A DNA stretch of 64,000 nucleotides, taken from Chrysomallon squamiferum. Lineage: Eukaryota > Animalia > Mollusca. This document shows positions 40,686 through 62,701 of the stretch, in pieces (the first letter of the stretch is position 1; every line of letters begins with the position of its first letter). Position numbers and translations under genes: made by a program. The stretch lies in assembly GCA_012295275.1 (NCBI GenBank), contig CM022673.1, positions 2,356,001 through 2,420,000 of the forward strand, in the 5' to 3' direction. The notes under the pieces are model-generated. The model saw only the letters and a program-made list of their open reading frames with translations. It searched no databases and was not told the DNA's origin.

Positions 40686-41613
40686 TACTTCAAAGTATCT
40701 TTTTTCAATATATTTATTTAAGTTATTATAAATGAAAAATTAAGTAAAAGCTAAAGAAAAACTTTTAGCAAATGTCACAGTAAAATAATATGGTACAAGA
40801 ATACATTATCCAGAATGGAAAAGAATTTAAATGGTGTATTTAACTTTTGAAACATCATAAGAAATCTATGTATAAAACTGCAGTTACTTTGAAAGACTAG
40901 TTACACATACTAACACACTCATTTTTCTGCATGGATGGATAGATATGTGTGCATATGAATATATGTATTAATAAACACATACATCCATCCATACATACAT
41001 ATGGTCACAAGGACATATTTATAATTAAATACACAATGTGTAATAAGTTCTGAATATTTGCATCACACCAACAAGATTTGTGCTAGAATTTAAGTTTATA
41101 TATACAATGTAAGTCCTCTGAAACCAAAATAACTTCCAGGGCTAGTGTCAGCTATAAATTTTTTTGTTTAAATCACCTTAATCATTATTATGTACTCACA
41201 TTGCAATCTTTATAAACAAATACACACATAAGTACATGAAAATATACATAGATATAGATGTGTACCTGGATCTAAGTATCTGCATAGCTAAAGCTTTATT
41301 CTTTATCTGAGATCTCTCTTGTTGACATTCTGCAACAGTGCCTGGAATATCAAGTAATCACCAGGAATAATGAAATAATTAAATGTTTTCTTTATTTCTG
41401 ACATCAAATTAAAAAGACTGTCCTTTCAATCATTTACTAAATCTGTTTTATTATGTCAAACTTTTGAAGTAACCAAACTGTATTTATAATTTGCATTGAT
41501 TAATTAAAAATTACTCTAAAACATGAAAAATGCACAAGACAGCTTAATAAGCTGTATATTAATCTATAACCAAAAAATCATGTTACTATATTAAATGACA
41601 CTTTTAATAAAAG

Positions 41614-41648
<35 letters not shown>

Positions 41649-44600
41649 CAAACAACAATTACTTAAATTGCCTGTTTTAGTAGGTAATTGAACTGTATTA
41701 TCATAATCTATGCTAAATGGTATATGTATTAACATTAATCTTATTAAAAATTGTTAATGAAAACTGGACGAAACGTAACTGTTAAAATAATTTATAATGC
41801 TAAAATGCCTACTTTTACCTATTTACCTGTTGGTAAATGTACAATTCTCACTGCACTGTCTGTAGTATTTACATGCTGTCCCCCTTTACCACTTGCCCTG
41901 AATGTTTCAATTCGAAGATCTTTTTGCTGGAGGACAACTTCAATCTAAATAAACAATTATTACCAAAGACCTTTTTATTCATTTATATCAATTTTTAAAA
42001 GAGAAAAAGAAAAAAGTTAGTGACTGTAATAACACTTTTCAAGTATTTTCTCACCATGCTTGAAGATGCAAAAATTCTACTATCATTCTTAAATATTATT
42101 AAAATTTGTTACCACCACCAACTATATTTTTCATTTGCAAATAAGCAAAACAATTTTTTTTTTTTTTTAGTGGATCTAAAAATTGTCAATACAATGGCAA
42201 AATGAAACCTACAAATTTTCTTATATATTTTACAAAACCTTACAAGTGTTCTTCAGATTATTATTTATTTACTGAGAGTGCCAGCTATATTTTCCTCTTG
42301 GTTAATTATTTGTTTCTTTTTCATTTTTCTAAAACGATGTTATTTCAAGAATTTTTGAATAAGGAATTTCAGTCAAATGACATGAACATAAAGAGATGGA
42401 AAAGAAAGCAAAAAAAATAAATAAACAAATAAATAAAAATAACTCTAATAAATACGTTGCCTATGAAAATGTATAAACAACAAAGAACCTAGCTAAAGCA
42501 CTGAGGAGGATTGAACCTGTGATCCATTGAGCCTCAGCTTAAGTTTTTATGACAAAGCTACATTCGCCTGCCTCAGAATGTACACATGGATTACCTCTGT
42601 TGGTTGTGGTAAGACAGCCACAGTCATTGTGCTCGTGTGTATTCGACCAGATTTCTCAGTTTTCGGACAACGCTGGACTCGATGTACACCACTTTCAAAC
42701 TTCAGCAGTCTGTACACATCCATGCCACAAACCGAGGCTGAAGCTTTGCGGAGACCTCCTGAAATAAAAGCATTGGCATTCTAGAGGAAAAATTGTTATT
42801 AAAATTTTTTTTTTTTTTTTTTTAAAGTACAAGAAAAAAACCTGACAAAATATATATAAAAAAAAAAATAATAATTTTTTGTTGGGGAATGGATCTTAAT
42901 CCTTGATTCACTCATTAAAAAAGTGTAATGAAATGTAAAAGATCAAGAACCTAGATTTTAATTTGTCAGAATTATATCATTATTGGAAGGTAAATCAAAG
43001 TCAAGAAATAGAATATTTATTAACATTCTTAAAATTAGAACACAATTATTTTATATGTAAATGAATTTAACTTAAATATGGTAATAAACAATTTTGGTTT
43101 ATCTAAATGGACACAGTAATAGAAAACATCTAATCTCAAATTAGTGATTATAATCTTTTAAAAACCTTGGTCAGATGTGTCTGAACTCATTATGTCAAAT
43201 GACCATCCCTTCCTCTGAGCGAATGTGCGATACAAGTTGAAAATCTCTCCTGTAAACAGCATGGCTTCTTGACCTCCGACCCCTGCAGTGACCTCCAGGA
43301 TAATGTCACTTTTGTCTGCATGTTCAACTCCAACCAAAGCTTCAATTAGCTATGAAGTAATAATAATAATTATAATAACCAAAATAACAACAACAATAAT
43401 ATAATAAATATAAATAAAAAATCCTGATAAAAAAGAAGTGTTTAAATTTTATTTCAAATCTTTATTCTTGAAAAATTAAATAAAATGTTTCTCAGAAACA
43501 AGAAAACAATTGACTTGTCTTTCATTCAAAAAAGATCCGAAAATTTATTCCAGAACAACTGGGTGAAAGTTCAGTAGCTGGAATTTACTCACAAGTTAAA
43601 ATATCAATGAAATTTTTAATTACAATACTATTTAACAGAAAGCAACTTTTAATTTTTTTTTTAGTTATACCTGCATGTGTAATTCCTCCATTTGTTTAAA
43701 GCATTCTTCTTTTTCTGATTCTGCCAGATTCTTCATCTCAGTATCTGTGGAACTTAATCCTACACAGTGAACAGAATGAATCAATAAATACTATTTCAAA
43801 ATACTTTATCATCAACTATTATTATGTGTTAAGCCTACAGGTTATGTATTACCAGCATGGGATTTGTTTTAAAAGCACTCTTCTGTTGTCAGTAAAATAC
43901 ATTCCACAGCCTTTGATTTGTCAACTGCGAGGTACTACTGCACTGTGGCAGGATTAGGAAAATCCACAATTAGATCACTGAAGAGAAATGACCTTGTATC
44001 TTAGAAAGGTTTAAGCCTATGCCTAATCATAAACCTTCAGGCTATTCTAAAAGTGGTATGAAAACAGAATTCTAAAACATTATCAAGATTTCACTGTCAG
44101 CATATTTTTGTCATACACCACTGTCAGAAAAGTTTTGTTAGAAATATTTTTCTGTCAAACCTAATTGTTAGAAAATGTGTGTCTAAAGTATTTGGGTGTT
44201 TTGTCTTACTTCATTGTTAGTAAAGGTTTAGTTGAAGTATTTTTGTCATACTTCACTGTTAGCAAAGGTTTGTCTTTTTAGTCAGATCTAATTGTTAGAA
44301 AAGGTTTGTATTATATATCAGATAAAACAGCCACCATTTGATAAATTCAAAAATTTCTGATAAAAATAAATGATTAAATAAAATCATTTTTCTTACTAAC
44401 TGTAATTAAACCATGATTATTACAATATTTTACAAAAAGCAAAAACAACAAAAACAATAATAATTTTAAATTTTTTACAAAATACATAAATTTAATTCAC
44501 ACTTCAATTAATTATGATAAAAATGTACCTGACAAAAGAGCATCAAGTTCTTTGACATGCGCGTCAACCATCTCGAGTTCTGTGATTAATGAAACCAGTG

Positions 44601-45324
44601 GAGTCAGTTCAACAATCCTGCTGTTTAGTTTCTTTATATTGACATCCTCTCCAGGTGCCTCATTTGACAAAATGCTGTTGATGTTTTTGAACTCTGCTAC
44701 CAAGCTGTCTAGATACTGCTTGAAAATATCATTTTTATGGATGACAAATCTATCAGGTAATGAAGAGTGGTGTCTGCAGTGCTGACCTGGCGACTTTAAC
44801 TTTTGTGTCGAGATCTGATCAACAGTTTGAGAATTATAAAACAGTGGTGACAAATGTTTTCTTGTGTGGTAATATCTCAAACAGGCAGAAGGACAAGAAA
44901 TTATTTTTTCTGAAACCAGTATTCTGTTTGACAGATTATTTTGTAATGTATGAAACAAATTTGAATGTGGTTTGTTCTGTTTCCCAAAATGTAACCAGTT
45001 CCTTGTATTACTAATACCACTGATTTCGGTTTTGCACAATAATTTTTGACTTACATTTTGACTATTTTCATGTGAGTACAAACTACTAACACTAACAGGT
45101 GCACATGTTCTTTTGCCACTGTCACTAAAAATAATTTGTTTTGTAAGCTTTCTGTTTCCACAGCAGCTATAATGAAGACATTTCTGGTTATGTAACATCT
45201 TTGTATGAATGTTCATTCTGTACATCATGTTGTGAATACATTTCTTCAAGCTATGTATCACCAAAAATTGTGAGGAATAAATGAACTGGATCATCTGTCT
45301 TTCTGTTGTCAAGGTTCTCAGCAT
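40290..45324 (-). CDS. MTRF1L: Mitochondrial peptide chain release factor 1-like (mtRF1a), ~570 aa from ATG 45324
   Basis: Exons 45324-44529, 43759-43671, 43349-43166, 42758-42595, 41944-41827, 41341-41266, 40575-40290, in frame. [31 protein letters not shown] (PxT motif) [24 protein letters not shown] (GGQ), [20 protein letters not shown]. Confidence 0.93.
42488..42572 (-). mobile_element. Probable tRNA-derived SINE head relic (intronic)
   Basis: Minus strand GGCGAATGTAGCTTTGTC...CAGGTTCAATCC: degenerate A box and B box at tRNA-like spacing; no cloverleaf. Confidence 0.4.
44090..44310. repeat. Degenerate ~43-bp tandem repeat in an MTRF1L intron
   Basis: About 5 copies of ttttgtcatacttcactgttagnaaaggtttgt-like units. 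Confidence 0.65.
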
Positions 45325-45470
45325 GTTGATAAAATTCACGGATCTAAAAATAAAATAAATCTAATTTTCAAACTTTTATTTGTGTGCGTGCACACACAAA
45401 AATTAATGACTTGGTTTCAGTATTAAAACTGCTCCAGATGAAAATAATATCTCAAATGGGCTATTACTGC

Positions 45471-45473
<3 letters not shown>

Positions 45474-45515
<42 letters not shown>
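45474..45515. repeat. (CA)n microsatellite
   Basis: Direct reading. Confidence 0.9.
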
Positions 45516-45517
<2 letters not shown>

Positions 45518-46141
45518 CTAATATATGAAAGGTAATGTGTTAAATTATGAATATTTTAACAAATCTATGTGGTTTCATACATTATCTTCATCCAATATTT
45601 TAGGTCACAATAATATAATTTTATAACAATTATAAAACATTTAAAAAAAGATATTTATTAAATACAGAAATAGGAATCATACTATTTTCTGACTAAATGA
45701 AAACTACACCTAGGGCTTGTCTTAATAATAATAGAGGGGTGGGAAATAATTTGTCCTTATTATAAACAGACACATATAATGATATATGACATCATTTATA
45801 TCACAGTTGCCAGTTAATCCACCCAGTGTCATAATTATCAGTATTTAATGAAGTATTAACAATATAATTATTAGATATCACACAATAACCTACTATTGTA
45901 CTAATTAAGAAGATAAACTCATACTCTAATCGTAGTCAGTCACCTTAGAGAATAAAAAAATAATAATAATAAATATAGATATAAACCTATCTAGAAAAGG
46001 GAAAGAATAGAAAAGCAATTCACTAAACCAAAGTTATCTCTGATTATTATTAGAGCTTCGCATGACACTATTATTATTTGTTATGAAAATCTAAACAATT
46101 TACACTTTCTATCACGTTCTGACATTAATGGCCGCTGCCAT

Positions 46142-46379
46142 TATGTTTTCATCTTTAATTGTAATTCTTCCCTTAAAATGACTAAATATTTGTACAGTAT
46201 TCAAAACCTTAAAAACCTTTTATTTAAATAAACACAGAACTTTACGAGTACATCCAGCTTTACCAAGCTGAATGACAAAATATAATATTATTTATTTAAC
46301 ATATATTCATCAATCTGTTGACGATAAAACTTTAATGGTGCTTTTGTAAACAGCAAAATGTATAAGCAAAGAAGAAGAT
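46142..46379. promoter_or_regulatory. Bidirectional promoter between MTRF1L exon 1 and CPSF3
   Basis: Divergent ATGs at 46141 (-) and 46380 (+), 238 bp apart, both in ATGGC(A/G)GCG context resembling the YY1 motif seen at housekeeping starts. Confidence 0.6.
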
Positions 46380-56313
<9,934 letters not shown>

Positions 56314-57308
56314 CGATATATACAATCAGAAGAACATTTCACTCACGGATATGTTAAATCAAACCTTTATAAAAAGAGAATTCTGTCCTGAATTTGTCTG
56401 TTTATTTGTCATTTTTGGTTAGCATTAAATTATTGTTTTAAAGACATAGGATTTTTTTAAATTTTATTTCAAGATAATGAAAAAGGAGATTAAAAAAAAA
56501 AAAAAAAAAAAAATTGGTATTTTGAAATTTTGGTAATAACTTTAATATTTAAATCCAGAATCTTGGAACATAAAAACTGTGATGGAGAAAAAGAATCCAT
56601 TTGGTGCCCAAAAGTTTCTGCTTTTATTCAGTGTAAAGTCTTGTATATTAGATTTCTTCAAGTTATTTTAATATGACTGAACAGCTGTGTGTTGTATGTT
56701 ATTTTTTTATTAATTTGATTAGTTGGTTGTTTGTCAGATTTGATACAGGCTCTAAAGTTTAATAATTTTGTGAATATTTATATTTTGCAACAGTTGTTAT
56801 TGAAGGATGAATATTCTTAACAAAAAACATGTGCTGTGAACTCTGTTAATTGATTATACATCAAAACTGGCACTTCATAAATAATTAAAAACAGCCATGT
56901 GAAAAAAAGGCTATATATACATATTAATTCATTTTGCATTTTGTACATAGGAAAATGTCATTAATTCAATAAAATATATGTGAAACGTGATGACATGGTA
57001 GTGGTTTTTTTTGTTTTTTTATTTATGCTAATATTTAATTAATTACATAAAGATGTTTATATTCTTCTTTTTTTAATAATAAGATCCAAAATAGCAATTA
57101 TTTAAAGAAATAATTTTAAAAAGCATAATTCTGCAGTAAATTTTAGAAAATAAAAAAAAGTAAATACATGATTAAAGAATTGTTATAAAACAAAGTGTTG
57201 ACAAGGATCCGTCTAAGATGCATATTTAAGGAAATTTCCTCTTCCTGTTACTGTGTATTTTCTACATTGACTTCACTTGAATTAATTTATTCATTTTTCA
57301 TTCTTTTC

Positions 57309-57346
<38 letters not shown>

Positions 57347-58764
57347 TTTTTCATCAAAATAACTTTTTTTTATTATTGACGTGAATTGTTATCAATTTCT
57401 TTTTTATAATTCTGCCTTATTAACGAAAGACGTTCGATCATTTTACACCTATTAATATATTGAGAAGTTATATAAATTCATTAGTTTAAAATTAATTAAA
57501 GACCAATTATTATTATTATTTTTATTTTTTTATAAACTATTTTGGAAGGAAATAATATTCACATTGTTGTATTCGATGGTCGTTAAAAAAATTATCGCCG
57601 TATTATTTTAATAACTGATTTTTTTTAACTGCCCCAATTAAAAACTAACCCAATTTATTCTGGCCAACTCGTTCTCGTGACAACACTGGGTCATTGTAGT
57701 TACACATTTTAAGTGGTAACTAATCACTGTTTATACACTCTGGCTACTTCAGTCTCCCCTAAGCTTGAAGAACTCAACTGGAAATGTCGTTTTGAGGATT
57801 ATCTGATCAATGTCGACAAAAAGAAAACGGTTTTGTGACAATTTCGGAAATAAAGTTAAGCCCTGCGTACCTTCGAATACAGTTTGATTCAAAATCGTTG
57901 CAACGCTGCAATTCATTTAGTTTGTGTATATTCGGAACTAGATACTGCAGCGAATCGACAGATGAAAAAGGAGCCTTGTTAAGTAATCCGGGGACCATGG
58001 ACAAATTACAGAAAACGCAAGATTAAAGAAATTAGATTTTGGGACCCTTAAGGGAACACGTTTATGTAACCATGTGCTTATTCCTCATACATATGGCTGT
58101 GTTACCAAAGTAGAACCAAGCTTAAAACAACAAGAAAAAAAAAATAAGAAAAAATAAATAAAACCATTAATGCTTCCAGATAAGTTTTTATTATTTCATG
58201 TAATTCATAACTTTATTAGACAGCGTTATTGGGTAGCTGAACATCAGGAGTCGAGTATGTGCGGAGAAGTGAATCTTGCAGTATTTTTAACGATCTTCGT
58301 CAACCACTGTTGGTATTTTGACTTTTCCTTAATTAATTTTGTTTGAATCAAGTAATTTCTTGTTCTGTGTCTCATTGCTCCAGTCCTGCAACTAAACTTC
58401 TTGGCATCTGGATACATTTATCGACAGAAATTCTTGCTTCCGCTTCCTTACTTTCCTCTACATTTGCCTCATCGTCAAACTTTATTTAATTTTATTTTTT
58501 TAATATTATTATTATTTTTTTTTATTATTACTATTATTATTTTTCATTTTTTTTTTTTTTTTTTTTTTTTTCACCTTGCTGAACCGTCTCCACGATTTCG
58601 ATATCATTTGGCTGATAAACAACAGTCACCCCATTATTAATGTTAATGCAGTCTCGGTTTTGCTCAATAATCTCTACTGCAAGCCTTTATAACGACGATT
58701 CAAAACGGAGTCCAGCCTAAACTAAGATTTTTTTTTCTTCTTCTTCTTTCAAGATAACGCAAAC

Positions 58765-59618
58765 GGGGTACAGAAAAAGTGGCACTGGAAAAAAATGGCA
58801 CTGTGCAGATTTGGAAAAAATGGCACCCTATTTATTTTTTCTGTAAAGTTGCTTTGATAAAAAAAAAAAAAAAAAAAAAATTTTTTTTGAAAATACTGTT
58901 TATTCATGCAGTATTATTACATATACGTATATTAATATACTGCATCACTCAGCCACTTGGTTTTCCTTAACAAAGTACAGTATTATATCAGAGTTCAATA
59001 TTACATATGCGCACACACATACATACATATATGTATAGTTACATGCATGTATAGATGCACTAGTACGTTCATATATACAGACACATTCATACAGATCTAT
59101 CTTATTTAAATACGCATACCACAGTTAAAATACCCTCCAGAATGGTATCATTTTTACATTAGGTACGTCTGTATGAATGTGTCTATAATGTATGAATGTA
59201 CTCATTCATCTATGTACGTGTGAAAGCATACATGTATGTATTTGTGTGTATATATATATTTATTTATTTTATATACATATGTATGTATTTGTGTGTGTGT
59301 GTATATATATATATTTATTTTATATACATATGTATGTATTTGTGTGTGTATATAAATATGTGTATATGTGTAATATTAAACTCTGATATATTGTATTTTG
59401 TTAAGCAAAACCAATTGGCTGAGTAATGCTATATATTAACATACATGTATGTAACAATATTGTAAGAATAAAGTGTATTTTCAAAAATACTACTAAGTTG
59501 TTTTTCATAGCAACTATACAAAAAAAAAAAAAAAAATAAGGTGCCATTTTTTCCAAATCTGCACAGTGCCATTTCTTCCAGGTGCCATTTTTTCCGTGTG
59601 CCATTTTTTCCTACAATC
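58765..59618. mobile_element. Non-autonomous foldback/MITE element with long terminal inverted repeats (MULE- or hAT-type)
   Basis: Arms ~58765-59095 and ~59168-59618 are reverse complements (e.g. aaaaaatggcactgtgcagatttggaaaaaatggcacc vs ggtgccattttttccaaatctgcacagtgccattt), with subterminal GGAAAAAATGGCAC repeats. Flanked by acgcaaac (58757-58764) and acgcagac (59619-59626), an 8-bp TSD with one mismatch. Confidence 0.9.
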
Positions 59619-60007
59619 ACGCAGACAGTGCGCTCCAATAATAAATAATGTAAAACGTCATTCAGATTAACACAAATTTTTGAGAGTATCAGTCACAAGA
59701 AAAAAAATAATTTCATAATGGTTGCTCTTTAAATAATGCATAAATTTCAGTTTTAGTTTTAACATTATGAGAAAATGTACTCAGTAAACAAATTCACGTA
59801 AAATAAATGATAGAATTTTACTTCAGAATTATTCGTAATTACTGTAAGATATAACAAAACGACCGGAAATGTTTGCTATTTATTTATTTTATTATTGTTT
59901 CAGTCGAAACATTCGTGGACACAAAACCTTAATCAAAACCGATATTGGTTTCCCGTTAATGCAAAATTTAATGTCATTGGCCACAGCAATTGACGCGTTC
60001 TTATTTA

Positions 60008-60024
60008 CAGCGCCATCTATCGAG
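60008..60024 (-). promoter_or_regulatory. CTCF-like motif in the TMEM53-like promoter
   Basis: Minus strand CTCGATAGATGGCGCTG matches the CTCF core (YAGRKGGCGC); CCAAT boxes (attgg) at ~59945 and ~59977. Confidence 0.45.
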
Positions 60025-60148
60025 TTCCACCGTAAAGAGTGAGAAAAACCTTACGTCTGCTTTTTCGGTGGCTGTGTGAGTGCATGTGGCAGATACAAGA
60101 TAGTGTGGTTTTTTAATTTGTATAAATTACAACTCTTTGAAATTGAAT

Positions 60149-60783
60149 ATGGTATCAGTAGTAATCAGACGATTAATACTGAATCCTAAGGTAAGTCACT
60201 GCTAATATTATGTACTACTACTAGGTTTTGAATTTATATTACATCATTATTCCGGGCACAAGTTTGTCAGTCATTTACTGATTTAGTTTTTATTAATATT
60301 AAGACTTAAGTTCATCTTCTAAGGAAAATGCAGTCATCGATCGACTGTAGGAAAAAAAACCCAGAATATGTATCACATATTGAGGAATTAACATTTAAAT
60401 GAAATGAACACAAATTTTATTTCTTTATATTTTTTATATATATTTTTATATTATTGCACTTATCTTTTACATTTTATTCAAGTTCATATTTAATCAGTTA
60501 ATGTTTTATTTTTTATTTTTTATTTTTTTTTAAATTTTATTATTATTATTTTTGTTTGTTTATTACTAACACAAAAAAGAAGAAAAAAGTTACAAATATG
60601 CCAAGTGAAAGTTAAAAACCTATTTATATATTTGTTATGTATATATGTAGAATATTTAATTACTTTACATACATACAGCTTATTAGGAATATAACTTTTC
60701 ATAAACAAACATGCTAGAGATAATTTCAGCCAAAGTCCAAAGTTCAGTCACTGAAATAAAGTAGAGTAAATGTAGGTTATGCA

Positions 60784-60821
<38 letters not shown>

Positions 60822-62701
60822 ATTCTGTTTGTATATAAAATATCTGGATGAAATTAATTTGCAAAATAAATTAAATTTGTATTTGGGAAGGAGTTTCTTT
60901 CACTGTGACTGCTAGTTACAACTCTGAAGAGAAATTTATATTTTGTAAATAATGGATTGACATTAAAAGTAAGAAACACATTCAGAAAAGTAGGTGAAAA
61001 TTTAGCTTTCTGATGTAAAAATAGTGTAAGTCATGGATCCATGATCTGTTACACAGAGTCTCAAAGTACAAGTGCCTGCAAGACATTAATATTGTCACAA
61101 AGTGGTATGGGGAATGAAAATGGCGAAAAGATAGAAAAATATTAAGATAAAAAACTAAATCTAATTATAGAAATAGGCCTCCTTTGGTAAAACAAAGTAT
61201 ATAAAAATAATCGAAGGTCAGTGGGTGGTGGTGATTATACATAGGAAAGAGTTCCTATATAATATCAAAGTGATATTACTATGCTCTTTGGACAGTCCAA
61301 CACAGTCATAAATAATGTACCTTCATAATGATGAAAAAGTAGGTGCAAAACTGTAAGGGGTTGTGTTTGTTCTTTTTGTCTTTTTAACAAATATTTTTGT
61401 TCCTCTTTTAGTGGGTTATTTTTGAGGAAATAAGAAAATATTAATGCTGATAAAATTTGTTTTAGTTATCTCCTATTAATTAAGCAACTCACCTATTGAC
61501 TGAAAGTTTAGAATAAACTTAGTGCATACATGTTTGTTTACTTTGAATTCTTATAAGCTGTATTTTTAAAATTGGTATTGCTGACTTGGTTTGTGTTTCC
61601 AGTTATTATCTTTATTGATTTCATTACACTTATTGATTTCACAGTTTTGGTGTTGACTAAAATAATGGAACTAGTATATCTGTTTTGGTAAATAGATTTA
61701 TTTTAAGTAATTAAGTTAATCATTTTGTCATTTGTATTATTTTAAGCTTCATTTTATAAACTTTAATTTTTTTAATTTGTGATGAAATTTTGTTTTATTT
61801 TTCTCTATAACCACTGGTTCAAATTTAAATTTTCCAGCACTCGTGCTTCACAGCATGTGCAAGATTTGGATCAATTACCTCTTCTGTAAATGAAGAAAAA
61901 GTAGGTGAAAATTTGCAATTGAAGACCATTCTTGATCCTGAGGCATCACTCACCCGGCCATTGGTTCTCCTTTTTGGTTGGATGCAAGCCAAAAAACGAC
62001 ATCTTGATAAATATGGAAATCTTTACATAAGTAAGGGATTTGATGTTTTGAGTGTCAGAGTACATCCACTTCAAGTTCTTTTTCCAACGAGTGCACAGAG
62101 TGTAATGCAGAATGTACTCGATTTATTGCAAGACGGCAACCTGGAACAAAAACCATTACTAGTCCATGGATTTTCAGTGGGTGGATATGTATATGGAGAG
62201 ATGCTCATAAAATTGAGGCAGCATCAAGAAAGGTATAAAAGTGTACGAGATCGCCTTGTTGGACAAGTATTTGACAGCCCTGTTGATTTTGAAGGCATCC
62301 CCAATGGTTTTGCCAATATTCTTACATCTAACAAACTTAGTCAAGCAGCAATTAAGGCATTTCTTGAATTTTATATGCAAGCATTCAAGAACTCCATAAC
62401 CAAACACTACCATCGGTCATCAGCTGCTTTTCATGAGAATGAATTGAATTTGCCTTCCTTGATGCTGTATTCCAAAACGGATCCTATTGGCGTTGCAGAC
62501 AGGATTGAGCTGGTAGTATCAAAGTGGAAACAAAAGGGTATACCTGTCCACACCAAGTGTTGGGAGAATACACCACATGTTAGTCATTTCCATAGACATC
62601 CAGATGAATATGTTGAAGCCATCTTAGCATTCCTTGAAGAGCTAGGTCTCTCCTACCCAGAGCAGGAAGTAGAAACACAGGCTGCAGAACGTATGCCTTA
62701 A
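60149..62701 (+). CDS. TMEM53-like / DUF829 alpha/beta-hydrolase, ~301 aa, 2 exons
   Basis: Exon 60149-60190 (MVSVVIRRLILNPK, AAG|GTAAGT) joins 61838-62701 in frame. PLVLLFGWMQAK.RHL.KY..LY, LLVHGFSVGGY, GQVFDSP, LMLYSKTDPI, WENTPHVSHFHRHPDEY are DUF829 hallmarks. Confidence 0.88.
60734..60746 (+). promoter_or_regulatory. DR1 element (HNF4-type) in TMEM53-like intron 1
   Basis: AGTCCA-A-AGTTCA, overlapping an upstream CAAAGTCCA core. Confidence 0.4.

Noticed and set aside
44090-44310. CRISPR-like repeat-spacer array
   Set aside because: Degenerate tandem units without unique spacers, inside a eukaryotic intron, with no cas genes.
57640-58120. Telomerase RNA candidate
   Set aside because: No CTAACCCTAA-type template on either strand (closest is ctaaccca) and no H/ACA structure recognised.
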